A DNA stretch of 64,000 nucleotides from the NCBI RefSeq assembly GCF_018977255.1, contig NW_024704742.1, positions 34,164,001-34,228,000 of the forward strand. The letters run 5' to 3'. The translations under genes were made by a program, and so were the position numbers. This DNA comes from Callorhinchus milii (taxonomy: Eukaryota). This document shows, piece by piece, positions 49,936 to 63,159 of this stretch (the first letter of the stretch is position 1; each line of letters opens with the position of its first letter). Below the pieces are notes generated by a model. It was not told where the DNA came from. It searched no databases and saw only the letters and a list, made by a program, of their open reading frames with translations.

Positions 49936-50450
49936 CCTGGGTCCACAAGACTTGGCTCTCATCAACCTGCTCCTCTTATTTCCTGAAATTAGGCAAGTGG
50001 AGTACACCATTCTTCCAGGTGCGAGAGTGTAAGATTCTGTTCCTGACAAAACCATATTTCTACACATAGATGGCATTCATAGGCAGAGCACCCAGCCTGG
50101 TTGAGATATTTTAAGCATGATGATGGGTTTCTGTGCATTTCAGACATTCAGCTGCCAAAAAATAAATTGCACCAGCATTTAGCTATTGTGTCAGTCTTTT
50201 GGAGAATAATTTATCCCTTAACCTTTTTTTATCACTATTATCATTACCTTTTTTTAAAGTATGTGACTTTTTTCATACTGGCTGCTAAATTGTCTTTTCA
50301 GTTTCAGTCCCCCCGCTCCCACCTTTGCTCAGCGGCTAACCCCACCTCAATACAGAGCTCCGAGACACAATCCTGCGTGAAAGGCGCTCTATGAATGCAA
50401 GCTGTTGTTGATGTACTATCAGACATAGAAGCTCTAAACCGAAATTCCCG

Positions 50451-50676
50451 CCCAAACAATTTAATTCTCCATTCTAAAGATTAAAGTACAATAGCTGAGA
50501 ACCATTGATTTTCAAATTCGAACAACCTGTATGATTGAACTTTATTCTTAATTAACCATGAGTCCCAAACAATTTAATTCTCCATTCTAAAGATTAAAGT
50601 ACAATAGCTGAGAACCATTGATTTTCAAATTCGAACATCCTGTATGATTGAACTTTATTCTTAATTAACCATGAGT
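50451..50676. repeat. 113-bp tandem duplication (2 copies, 1 mismatch)
   Basis: CCCAAACAATTTAATTCTCC..TTAACCATGAGT at 50451-50563 and 50564-50676. Confidence 0.97.
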
Positions 50677-53284
50677 ATGACAGTTGTCTGTAATCCATGT
50701 CTCTTTCCTCAGCGAATGCTAATCATTGAAATCCCTCCACTGCTCCATTTTGTTCTACGACCACAAACAACAGCACGTTTGACCCCATTCATATCTGACA
50801 TCTCCTCCTCTCTGTGGATTCCAATAAAGCTTCTAGATTTTACTTGTAGCTCGATTATTCTCAAGCATTGCACATCCAAACCTGTCCCTATATTGGTATT
50901 TCTTCACCCTCTCCCATTTCCAGGCTCCTATCCCTCGTCTTGTAAATCTATTAATACAATTATATAACTTTCTCATATAACTTTTTTTTAATATAACTTT
51001 ATAATATTAAGCTTTCCTATTCTCCTCCATTTGCTTGTTTTTAAAAAAAAATCCATTAGATTAGTCAAGGCAGCTATGGATAACTAGAATATTGACCTGT
51101 TGAAAAGGTTAGCACAACTGATATCACTGGACAGTGTTGCTGAAAAGGTCCAAGCCTATCAGTAATTGCGATCAGTAATAATTATGTCGATCTATTTATT
51201 ATTTACAATATTCATTTATTTCCCTTTCTCTTTGAAATAACTGGGATATAGGTTTCCGTGAATTTAATTTAATGGTATGATCCTGATTTTTTTTGTTTCT
51301 GACACACTTTGATAATATAAAATGAACAATTGGTTATGATTTTCCTGTTCAGAGTTTTTGTTTCAAATTGTAAGGAAATGTATGAGGAAACAATAAGGAT
51401 GTGGATGCAATCTATTTCCGGAGCTGAGATCCTGCAGGTTTACATGATGCACTTCTGGTTTCTCGTAAATTGCAGCTCTGGATGGAAGGAATCCCCTTAT
51501 TTAACTCCTTATTAAGTCCTTATTAAGAAATTCGAATTGAAATCAGCACATTTTACACTCCCAATGTTTAGTAATAGTTGGTATTCATTTTCACAGTGAT
51601 AGAACAGCCAGGAATAGATTTGTTCTCTGCTATCTATACACACTGTAAAATACCATTGCAGTCCCCTGTGATAGCAATGCATAATATAGTGAGATATACG
51701 ATTACATGCCCATAAAACGAGGCCTCATAGGTTAAGGGTTAAAGAAAAATTATTCCTCCCTACCAATGTACAGTAATTCCTTTTCCCTGTCTTGTAAAAT
51801 TTTCTCCCCTCTTGCCACATCAGAATATTTTATGTTATGGCTATAGAGATGCTTAGTTCATGCTACTGTCAATAACAACATACATAGAATACTTTGTCAT
51901 CTACAGAAAATACTGAAACAGCTTTGATTTGCTTTCCTTGAATAAACCCCTGGGGTAAGACAACATGTTTAAAATAACAAGGTAGAAGAGAGCTGCATGT
52001 TGTTTCTGAAAGAATTCCTTTGGTTTAAATTGCAGAGCCATCCCAATATATTTTGCTGCATTGCTACAAAATGTGACTCGACACTTACATTTGCTGCAAA
52101 GAGCGAGTTACTTCTTCTGAACATGACGTAAAAATACTGTAAACAAAGCCTGATTTAATAATGCTAAATCTTTTTTATGTTAAATTCTGTGTTTTACAAC
52201 AGAAGCTGCATTTATGAAAGGCATGCTGAATCCCGGCTGAGATCCATTGCACTTAAAAATTAATCATGAAAAGGGAGTTGCATTGTCAAGTACCCTTTTG
52301 TAAAAATTAAACAGTAATGCTGTCTTTACACTGCAGTGCAGGCAGCATACGGCTCAAGGAGACAGCCTTGGCTGCTTTGGTTTCTTTGTCACTGTGGTGT
52401 GACCTAGAACTCCACAATTGCACGCTCTAAGACATGCCCAATATGCCTCTTATCATTGGAATGGTTTCTGCCAATATAGGGGATCTAACAGGACAGGTAG
52501 GTTTTGTCAGTAGTTGGAAACTGTAAGGCACATACTGTACCATAGATACAATTAATATTAATTTCATGGTTGTTTGTGGGATATCACTATGTCCAAATTA
52601 TCAGCCTTGTTTGCCTACAAATATACGCAGTTACCCTACAGTAAAAATCCTGCGACAAGCTTTCAGATGTTTTGGGAATGTGATTAGGTGGAATATCACA
52701 TGCAAGGATTATTATTATGTATGGCCAGAGATTTTTCTTTAAAAACAACTTTTAAAAATAGATACGTTATAAAGTGGATTTTATAAAGAAAAAACTCCAA
52801 TTCTGCAGGCACCTTTATGGGAGATGATTGGAATGCCAGGGTTTAGTAATAGGGCTAAAAATCGTGATGTTTCTTAACAGGTTCGATAGCATATGTGATA
52901 ATGCATTGAATGTATAAAGAAACATCACAGGGCAGATTGATTATATTCTGTTATCAGTGCCCATGGTTCGACAAATTCTTAAACACATCTTTAACTTTGA
53001 AGGCAGTTTCTGTAGGTTTCTTTTAGAAATATAGAAAACCGACTTCAAAACTAGAGCACAATTCAACAATTACGAAATTCTAGGAGCTCTAAAATGCTAA
53101 GAAAATAGAGCAAATCTACATCCCCAGATGGAATTTTACAGTCTGATGGCCTTAATGCTTTTGTGACTAAAAGCAGTTGATACTGCAATAAGGCAAATGT
53201 ACTACTGACCTGTTTAGCAGAATACCATAGTATCTTCCACCAGGACTACTTGTAATTCATTGTAATTCTTGGTCCCAAATTTGT

Positions 53285-53410
53285 AAGAGCGAGTTACTTC
53301 TTTTGAACATAACGTAAAAATACTGTAAACAAAGCCTGATTTAATAATGCTAAATCTTTTTATGCTAAATTCTGTGTTTTATAATAGAAACTGAATTTGT
53401 GAAAGGCATG
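53285..53410. repeat. Dispersed direct copy of 52099-52225
   Basis: AAGAGCGAGTTACTTC..GAAAGGCATG, with 8 substitutions and 1 indel over about 127 bp by manual alignment. Confidence 0.95.
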
Positions 53411-53605
53411 GCCCCAAATTTTGTCTAGTCTTTGTCTTTGAGACTGTTTTAAATTAAAATGAAAGTTTGCGCAGAAGTTCATGAATTCAACCTTAATTTG
53501 GAAGCTGTTTTCCTGCACTTCTTAAAAAGAAATCAACTTCCAAATTAAGATTAAATTGCAAGACAAAATGATTTCACAGGCTTAGACTGGATGAAATGCT
53601 GGGCC
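53410..53605. mobile_element. Palindromic MITE-like element (family P1), best-preserved copy
   Basis: Outer arms GGCCCCAAATTTTGTCTAGTCT / AGACTGGATGAAATGCTGGGCC. Inner arms CTTAATTTGGAAG / CTTCCAAATTAAG (13-bp perfect). Confidence 0.7.
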
Positions 53606-54134
53606 TTAAAAATCTATTGACTCATGCTGCACAGAGTATTACATTTGGGAACAATTGGAAGATAACTCACTGTGCTTTAACAAGTCTCTCTTTCATGCTT
53701 CAAATGCAGTAGAGATTGACCGGCTGATGCCTATGATGCAATTGCATCAATCGTTTCAGTTCTGGCATTCAAGTGATGGCAAAAATAATTCTTTTGGAGC
53801 TTTTTTTGCACCCAATTAAGCAAATTGTTCCAGAGTTTCCCCATCTCTGAGGTGGAGTATAATGTAAGGATCCGAGAGAATAAAAAACAGTGTAATGTTT
53901 GATCATGATAATGTATCTAGGGAACGAATATAGGTTAATCTAGTTGGGAAAGTAAAAGTAACTTGAAATGAATTGAAAAGGATACCGAATAATTTTTATT
54001 TCTGTTTTCGTTCTGCACTTTTGTTACCGGGAATATGCCACAATTTTTTTTGTGCACTAGGGCCAATAAGATATCCGAAAGCTGCAAACTAGACTAGAAT
54101 TCCAGTTATTGCTTTCCAACAGAAATGGATGCCA

Positions 54135-54562
54135 GCCTGACTCAGTTGGTAGCACTCTCACATCTGAGTCAGAAAGTTGTGGGTTCAAGTCTCACATCGG
54201 GTCTTTGAAGTCACATAGTAAAGGCTGACACTCCAATGCAGTCTTGAGGAAGCGTTGCATTGTCAGAGCTGACGACCTTCAGATGAGATGTCAAACTGAG
54301 GTTCTGTCTGCCTGTTCAGGTGGGTGTTAAAGATCCCATGGCATCAGTCAAAAAGAGAAAGGATTTTCTCCCAGTGTCTTGGCTAATATTCCTCCAGATA
54401 TAATTGGCCATTCACTTTATGACTGTTTGTGGGTCATTGCTATGCGCCAATTGGATGCCGCATTTGCCTATAAATGCAAAGTCATTATGCTTTACAGTAA
54501 AATCCAGTGAAGTGCTTTGAGACATCTTGACTTTGTGCTTTATCAAATACAAGGATTATTAT
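54135..54562 (+). mobile_element. DeuSINE family B (SacSINE1-like), full length
   Basis: Head TGACTCAGTTGGTAGCACTCTCACATCTGAGTCAGAAAGTTGTGGGTTCAAGTC, then CAGATGAGATGTCAAACTGAGG..TAAAGATCCCATGGCA, Deu domain and L2-type tail. Confidence 0.88.
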
Positions 54563-54689
54563 AGTAAAGTTCTAACATGACAGAGACTTGGGAAGAAGAT
54601 AAATTATAGCGACAAAGGAATCCAGGGCAAGCAGAAATAAGGTGCTTAATTACAATTGTTTAAAATTACAGGTATTTTGTATTTAATTT

Positions 54690-54830
54690 TGTTCCTCCGC
54701 AACATCACCCGATTCCGCCACTGCCTCTCCCGCAGGCTGCTGAGACTCTCGTCTACGCCTTCCTCAGCTCCTGACACGACCGCTCTAATGCCCTATTTAA
54801 CGGACTCACCTGCTCCTCCCTGCACAAACT
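54690..54830 (+). mobile_element. L2 LINE internal RT fragment
   Basis: FLRNITRFRHCLS then (other frame) AAETLVYAF, matching L2 'LRNI.R.R..L....AE.L..AF'. Confidence 0.75.
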
Positions 54831-57828
54831 ATAATAATAATAATCCTTCCATTTGATATAGTGCTTCAGCATGTTGCCGAAATGTCTCAAACTGGCTCAC
54901 AGGATTTATTGCAAAGTAGAGTGTGAACTATAGGAGGATTGATAATCCAATCTTCACCTAATACTCTACAGAATTAGTTAAGCAGGGTGTGTCCCTCCAA
55001 GGAGACAGTCTATTGCAGACATGGGAATTTACATGTGTACATGGCATTCATGGAACTCTCAGTGTGGTTTCAATATTCTTAATCAAAAAAATATAGTGAC
55101 TATGTATTTATTGGCAATAAATTTGTGTACAGCAATAACCCATAAATGGCCATGAAGTGAATACCAATTTTATCTGGGGCATCATTCATATTGAGTTCAC
55201 TTTGTCAACTAGGTTTGAATTCTTTGGCCATCAGTGAGAAATTTGTGGTTATACACCAAGCAGTTCATTAAAGGCAAATTGTGATCATATCAAATTATCA
55301 AAATTGGTGCCAAGTGTTGTGTCTCCTGACATTTTAATATTTAGTTATATTTTAATTACTTTTTATTTATTTATATTTTAACATTAAAATGTTGTCATGA
55401 ATAATGCACATTTAAGACTTTAAAAAAAAGGTAAACAAAGCAGCAGGCTTCCAACATTCTCTATCATATTTCATGACCTGAACACTAGTTATCCTTTGTA
55501 TACCTTGAAAGAAAGAGATTCCTGTACAGAAAGGATAATCAGTTTAGGACATCAAACACAATAATTTCCCTTTAAACAAAATCGAAAATTAATTTAAAAA
55601 TACAAGATTAAAATATTGCACCCAAGGTGATTTTTTTTAAGAGGGGAGAGATCTCACCCGAGCTTATCGTAAAAGGGCTTTATTGTAATTAAAATCTATT
55701 CTGTGCATATGTTGTTCTTCAGATTATCCTGTTGATTGCTCAATGCAGATTAATTCAATCTTGGGATATTACACAGCAAATCTTAATATATACACATTAC
55801 CGAGGCCCAGAGGTAGGAAGAAAATGAAAGCAGATTAACATGGTCCCAAATCTATGATATTATTGTCATTGAGTTTTACCAAAGCAATATTTCTTGTCAT
55901 ATGGCATGTTTTAGGTAACATTTCAGTTGCACTAATAATTTGCAAGCCATATGATTTTAAATGACACTTTACTTAGTATGAATTCCAGTTGTATTTTTGT
56001 TTTTCGCTCACGCAACAGTGAACTGACAATTGAAGCCTAATGACGGTGGTAGCTCTCTCTCACTGTCAATCAAAAAAAAAACAGGATGGAAGAGAAAGAG
56101 AGAGCTGCACCTGATTTAAACCTACCACTGCATTGCTGGGAGCTGCCCACTCCCAGCACAGACCAAATCTTCAGCTAAGGCAGTCTTCTTATTAAATAAA
56201 GATCTATAATCGAACACATGTATCTGTAAGATCACTACAATCCAAAGAAAATTAAAAGACAGATTATGTTCAGGATATTACATGCATCACCATGGAGCAC
56301 TGCTAGAATCTGGCATGATCCTGTTGCTATGATACCTGGCTAATGCCAAGGAAACAAGCCTCTCTTGCTAATCTAGTACAATCCATGCATGCTTCCACAT
56401 ATTTTTGGCAGCAGAAGTATGACTGCACTGAAAATGGCATTGGGTATTACATGCAGACATCTCTGAACTTATACATTTTCAGCTCCTGGTTGTAAGATGA
56501 TTCAGTCTTAGCGAAATAAGAAATGTAACTCTCTATTAATGGTTTTTTGTAGCATTATATGATTTGAAACAAGATAGATTAAGATCTGTCCTGTCACGCG
56601 ACTCGAAAAAGTTGCGCAAAAAAAAGCAATAAATCAAGTGCCTTTGCTTAAAACTGAAGAGCTTAGAATGAAAACAGTGCGCTAATCTCCTTGAGCCTTC
56701 GCGCATTAGCCATGGGAAAATAAATGACTATATCTGGGTCACTGTCCACTACTACTTACAAAACAAGCACACAATGCATAAAGCATAACAAATCACTAAA
56801 AATGTGTTACAACTATGGAACGTTTTTAGGCATTCGATCCTGACATAAATTAGAACAGTGAATAATTTCAGGACCTTGAGATTCAGTAACTATTTTTAAA
56901 TACATTGCTCTGCATTTTAATTTTTATTTTGTAATGACACATGTCCTGGCCAGCAATCAATTCTCCCAGATAAAATCATTGAATTCATGGTTCTTTGTGG
57001 GACATTTCTGTGTGCAAAATTGACTGCTGCGTTTGCCTGCAAAATACACAGTAACTACACTTCATAATATATCCTGTGAAGCACTTTAAGACGTTCTTTT
57101 GTTGAAAAAAACTCTATCAAATGCAAGGATTATTATTTGCATGGGAGGTACTGGAGCTTTTAAAAAATTATGGTGGTTTATGTAAAAAATGCATTGCAGG
57201 CTTATTATCAGAAAGCAGGCACTGACCGAGAAGGGAATGATAGTTGAATGCAGTTTTAAGTGTTCCAGCACATTGGATCTATTGAGATGTCTTAATTGAA
57301 ATATCAACATGCTCCCTAATGAATCATTCTGGGGGTATCAGAAGACTTATTTTTCAGGTTGATGTTGACGTAGAGTATGTCATAATTTGTATTACTTATC
57401 GTTTTCTTTCCATAACAAATTAGCCCCACTTTCGGTCCACCTAGACTAGTGATGCTGGTACTGAGACAAGGGCAGGCAGCCACTCAGGCCTCCGTTACTT
57501 GAAGTCTCCTTTGTTTTGCTGCAGGGGACACAAACTGTTTCCCAAGATGGAATTCCCTGTAAGATTTTGTATCAGTCTCTGATCAGTGTGACCCTCTGTT
57601 TCACAGACCAGAAACTGAGAGAATTACAGTTTGAACCTGCGTACTCCCAAACTATAGAAATGAGCCTGTGCTCTCCATTATCCAGCTCCACCATTTTCCC
57701 AGTGTGTCTCAAGTACATCACAAACTTAATCACAATGGGTTAAAACTCCTTAAACTTTCATTATGGAATACTTTGCCTACAAATAGTCACTCCACTTTAC
57801 AGTGAATCCTGTGAAGTGCTTTGGGACA

Positions 57829-58438
57829 TCCTTCATACACGCATTCATTACATCGAAGCTTGACTATGAAAACTCCCCCTGCTTGTTGGCCTTCCCAACT
57901 TCTCCCTCCATAGGCTGCAGGTCATCCAGAACTCTGCAGCCCATGTCCTCTCCTGCACCAGGCTCCATGATCTTATCACAGCCATCCTCGCCTGACTCCA
58001 CTGGCTTCCCATCGCACAGAGGATACAGTTCATGATTCAGGTCCTCACCTTCAAAGCCCTCCATGACCTTGCTCCCCACTATCTCTGCGACATCTTAACC
58101 CCATCCTGCCCGATCCCTCCGCTCAGCGGGCTCCGGCCTGCTTTACGTCCCCTGCCTCGCTCGCCCCACCATTGGCGGGCGGGCCTTCTGACACTCTGCA
58201 CCCACCCTCTGGAACTCCATCCCACAGTACCTCTGCCTGCCCCCTCTCTTACCTCCTTTAAGACCCATCTCAAGACCCTCCTCTTCGACTGTGTTTTCAA
58301 TCACCCTGTTTCCCCCCTGCCCTCCACCCTCCCCAATCCTGATCCCCAGCTCGGGTACAACACTCTGACTAACCAGCGCCTTGGGACATTCTCCCGACTT
58401 GATAGGCGCTGTACAAATGTAATTTTGTTGTTGTTGTT
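57829..58438 (+). mobile_element. L2 LINE 3' fragment fused to a preceding SINE tail
   Basis: FIHAFITSKLDY..VLTFKALHDLAPHYLCDIL..SFKTHLKTLLFD, closely similar to 40640-41507. Confidence 0.93.
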
Positions 58439-59874
58439 CTGACATTAAAGGCGCTATATCAAATATAATTATTATTATCATGTTATTATTATCATGTATT
58501 TCTGATATTTTAATTCTTGCCAGTACTAAATTACTGACCAATTTAAAACAACAATTTGTGTTCATCCACTATATTAAATACAAGGATTGTTATTATTAGT
58601 TTGTAGCCCTCAGATTGAGAATGGTGATATGCATTAATGAGGTGAAATGACCAACAAAACATACGTGTATATACATATATATGTAAAATAATCAAATGCA
58701 TTGAAGTTTACAGGTCAAAATGTTCTGCCTCACTTCAATGATAATGCCTGCACAGAGGAATACGGACAAACTAGAAACACACCAATCTGTCACATTATAT
58801 TCTCCAAAAGGACAACAGTTTATTACATTTGCATGAACTTTAATGGTTCAATGCCCACTAAAGTTTGTTAATATCGAACCGCACAGCGATCTGTCTCTTA
58901 ACATCAGTCAAAACACAAAAAAAGGGACAAAGTTTGATACGGTTTTACAGTTTCCTCGTGTCTAGGATCTGAAGGCCATTCAGTTAGGTTGATTGGCTAG
59001 ACTTTGTGGGGACCTATTGGATTTAGCCTGCCATGTGCAATATTTGGCCAGTACTTTCATTCTGGCAACCCGTTACCTTGGGCCCTACACTATTCACGTT
59101 TCCGTCATAAATATCAAAGCAAACAAGCCAAACAGAGGTCATTCATCTTCTAACACACAATAAATACAAAGAATATTTCTTTCCTGATTCAGAATATGCA
59201 ATCATTCATGTATTCCCAACATTGTTTAGGTTAGGTGAGATCTTAGTCAACAGCGCAGCATAGACTAACACACAAAATAAGCATGGATTGCTGGCAGAGG
59301 AGATTGCAAAGGCAAACCAGTGAAAAAAAACCTTGTCTAAAGACTGTTACCATAACACAAATTGTCCCTGTGAAAAGGATAGCAATTGTTTTTATAAACC
59401 TTATGTTGTATCCATTTCTCATTGGAATCCAAGTCAGCAGTGAAAATCCCTGTTTACTGAAGGCTAAAGTGACTGAGCTATCACTGTGCACCTGACTGCA
59501 ATGGCTAAAGATGACACAGATCAATACCCATCTCCTTCATTCCTGAAGTAATAACTTTCTATAGGAAAATCTATTTACATTTATTTACTGTTATTTTATT
59601 CTATTTTGTATTAAAGAAGTCCAGTCCAGAGGGAGGGTTAAAGTTCCAAGCAGTAGCTAAGGGATTTGAGTAATTTGATTAAAATGTGCTTTGTAAATTA
59701 CCAGCGTTTATAGATACACAGCAATCATTAGGAAAATTACAAACATCTTTCATGGATTGTGTAAAATTTCCAGTTGGCATAAGTTTCAACTAGCAGCACT
59801 GAAAGTGAGTCCATTCCAATTTCAGAAATAAATTCACAATTATTGATAGTTGGAACAGTTTTTAAACAAGAATT

Positions 59875-60055
59875 GCGTCACTCAGTCCCAACTGTTTGTG
59901 GACACTACTGTGCACAATTGGCTGCCACCTTTTGCCCACAAAATACAGAGTCACTCCACTTTACAATATATTCTGTGAAGCGCTTTGAGACATCTCATCG
60001 CCGTGATAAAGCGATATATCAAATGCAAGAATTAGTATTATTACCATTATTATTA
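59875..60055 (+). mobile_element. SINE family A 3' half
   Basis: Deu-like GTGCACAATTGGCTGCC plus GTGAAGCGCTTTGAGACATC..AAATGCAAG tail. Confidence 0.85.
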
Positions 60056-61929
60056 GAAGTGAAAAATATTCTTTTGAATGTTATTTCCAGTCTTGTGTCA
60101 CACCAGAGCATTGCCTGACAGAATGAGCGACATGTGTCTAGCATTAACTAAGTTAAGCTGCTTAGAGCTCAATCTGATAGCCTTAAAATCATGGATCTAT
60201 TTGATGAGAGATGTAACGTAAAATGTATTTTCTGATATAAATAAGGTGAAAATTTTATTCTTTGAAACATATCAACATAAAATGTATTTTTTTTAACATA
60301 ACGGAAAGGTTTACATTGTTATTCTTTGAAAAAAATAAATCAAAAGTGCATTGGGCAAATAGCCCACTTCACCGCCTGTCATCCACTAATAGAACATGCA
60401 TTGAATGTGTTGCAGTTTAGTTGTCAGTCCACATGATCTTGCTGTTGGTTGCATTCACCATTTAAAAAAAAGAAATGTGCTCTTAACATGTTCTGATTGC
60501 ATCTGAAAATAAAAGCAAAACCCCAAGTGCTTTAGATTTGGGTGGTGGACGAAAATGAGATTGACAGTCAGCTCCTATGCTCAATGATTGTAACCTGTAA
60601 TAGGAATCTAATGTCCCGATTGCTAATGATTCAAGGTTTATTTAGTAATTCTTGACGATTTATTCATCCTTCAGTTACACTTATGTGCTGAAGTTCCTCA
60701 AACAAGAGCTAGTGATGTTCGAACAGAGCTCTTCTGAAGTGCTCTTTGTGTGTTCTGTGATCAAACTCTGGGTTTTATTTGGAGGCTGCTACACATGCAT
60801 TTTTAATCAGTATTAAATTTCACACAGATCGAGCATCACTCAGAAGGGCAGCTTTGCCAGTCCCTGTAGCCACTTGAAAAGATATCAACTCTCTGCATTT
60901 GCCTGAAACTATTTATTTCTTCACGTCTCACAACCTTTTGGCAATTCTCAAATACATGGCGGATGGGGGATTTTATTTTAAAAAAAAGAAAGTTAATTCA
61001 ACAGTTCATGTCTTAATCCACCGAAGGTAAAACCTTTTGCAGCACAAACATTGGTGAAAGTTTGAACAGTATTTTGTGATGTCCTTTCTCACCCCTATTC
61101 TCCTCTATACTAGAAATAAGGAAGTTTTCAGACATGAATGCTTCCAAATGGTATGGATACAGATACTTCACAATGCATTTGAGCAGTCTGCAGAAGCTTA
61201 CTTGGCAGTAACTGAGTTTCAACATTAATGTCAGCCCACACATTGCTTGAAATGGAATCATGGAAAATACCAGCAGATAGACTGCAATCATCCAATTAGA
61301 ACACACAAAACATATTGCTAAAATGTACAGGCTAATTTATATATATTGCCAAAAGTAGCAGCTGTAATATTTATTTCTGTTCGTCCATCAATCCTGGAAT
61401 TTTTTCCATTATTATTATTATTTCCACTCAGCAATGAGTAAAGCCCTATAATACTGTTCATTCAGGGTGTGTAGCAGATTACGGCTCAGGTTACACTACA
61501 ATTAAGATCCAAGAAAGTTGTTCTATTTTTCTACTTATGAAGTTCTTTAATAAAGAACAAATGCAAAAATAAGCTTTTGCTTCTGCATCTGTTGCATTTG
61601 ATATGAAGTTTCTTTGAGGAAGGTATTTAATTCCATTGAGGGTAACAGCTCAGAACTACACAGCACAAGGCTGCGACCATATTAAGGGACTGGACTGACA
61701 AAGACAGCAGAAAACTAAGTCCGCTATAATAAGTTGTTCATAAAAATAAGTTGTTTAAAAATTACACTTTTGAACATTTACAAAAATGAAAAATTATGTT
61801 TAAGGTCACATTGGACTACTATTTCTGCTAGACATGTAAGACATATTATTCATTAATGGGAATTTATGACAATAAATGATTTTTTAAAACCTGTGCATTC
61901 TATCTTGATTTACACAATATTCTTAACAT

Positions 61930-62105
61930 TTTAGAGGTTGCACAATTTGGTCACATTTTTAAATTCAGTCCTAATTTTGAAGCCATAATTCTTGTTTTCT
62001 GTAGTTCTCTAAAGAACCGACAGAAAAATGTCTTCAAAATTAATAATTTGCCAAATCCTGAAGACTTGGAAATAATGTAAGCCTAGACTCAGGGGAAAAA
62101 TTTCT
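61930..62105. mobile_element. Palindromic MITE-like element (family P1), degraded
   Basis: TAATTTTGAAG..TTTTCTGTAGTTCT..AGAACCGACAGAAAA..CTTCAAAATTA inverted core, and the end resembles GCTTAGACT of family P1. Confidence 0.5.
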
Positions 62106-63159
62106 ATTTACCGGGCCTTTCGGGAATGACCTGCAGGACACCTAAGTTATAGAGGCACGACCTTTTTAACAATTCTTCTTTAAGCTGTTTGGCATGTCTT
62201 TGCAAACTCTTGGCACTTTTTGGAAATACTCTCTGTAAAAACACAGCACACCACATTTTTTCTAATTCCCACTTACCATTGGGAGGAATTTCAGCTATCC
62301 GGATTTGAAACTCAAGAGATTCACAAGTTCCCATTGATGTGCCCTCTCCAATAATTATGGGCAGACAACTTCTGGAGAATCTGGCAAGCAGGTCAGCTGT
62401 GCGTGGGGACACAAGTCTGGAAAGGGTTACTGGGGCTGCACTTTTACTTTCCTTCCATTTGGAGGAGGAGGTTATTGTCCTTTCAATTTTTAACTACCAA
62501 AGGTGAAAAGGCGTATTTTCCAGCTGTTTTTAATTGTTGAACTCTACGGTGGTGTGCTACCCAATGGAAATAGCAGACAAAAGTTTTTTTTTAATTTAAC
62601 TTCTAAAAAAAGAATCCCTTTAGCCTATATCATCTAAGCCATCACAACATAAACATCACTTCACCATGTAAAAATGTAATGCAGTAAAGCCTTTTTAAAA
62701 ACACTCTCAGCAGGGAAGCAGCTTTAGATCTGACAATACTCTGAAAATTTCACACCGCAGTCTTAAGCATGGAAAAGTATTCACAGTGAGTAACCGGATC
62801 TGTGTATTGTCAGGCACGTGGTCATAAAAGTAAATAAAAATTTACCCGCAATGGTCAAGGTATTTGATATCTGATATTAATAGACTGTAATAAGAGAGTT
62901 GTTTCCTTTTGCCTTTTGTATGACCTGTAAACGAGAGGACACAATCCGTCCTTCTCATTAGGATATCACACCTTGAGACTCAATTGCTGTAATTTTCCCT
63001 TAGGATTAGTAAGGCTTACAGGCTTATTTCGATATTCACAAAAGCATAAGAAAGTTTGTGCCTAGTATTGTGCACCAATCTCCTTTCCCGAATGTCATTT
63101 CTCTTGTAGTTGGAAATAGCTGTCCAACATAAGTGTGAGCACTTGATGAAACAAGGTGT

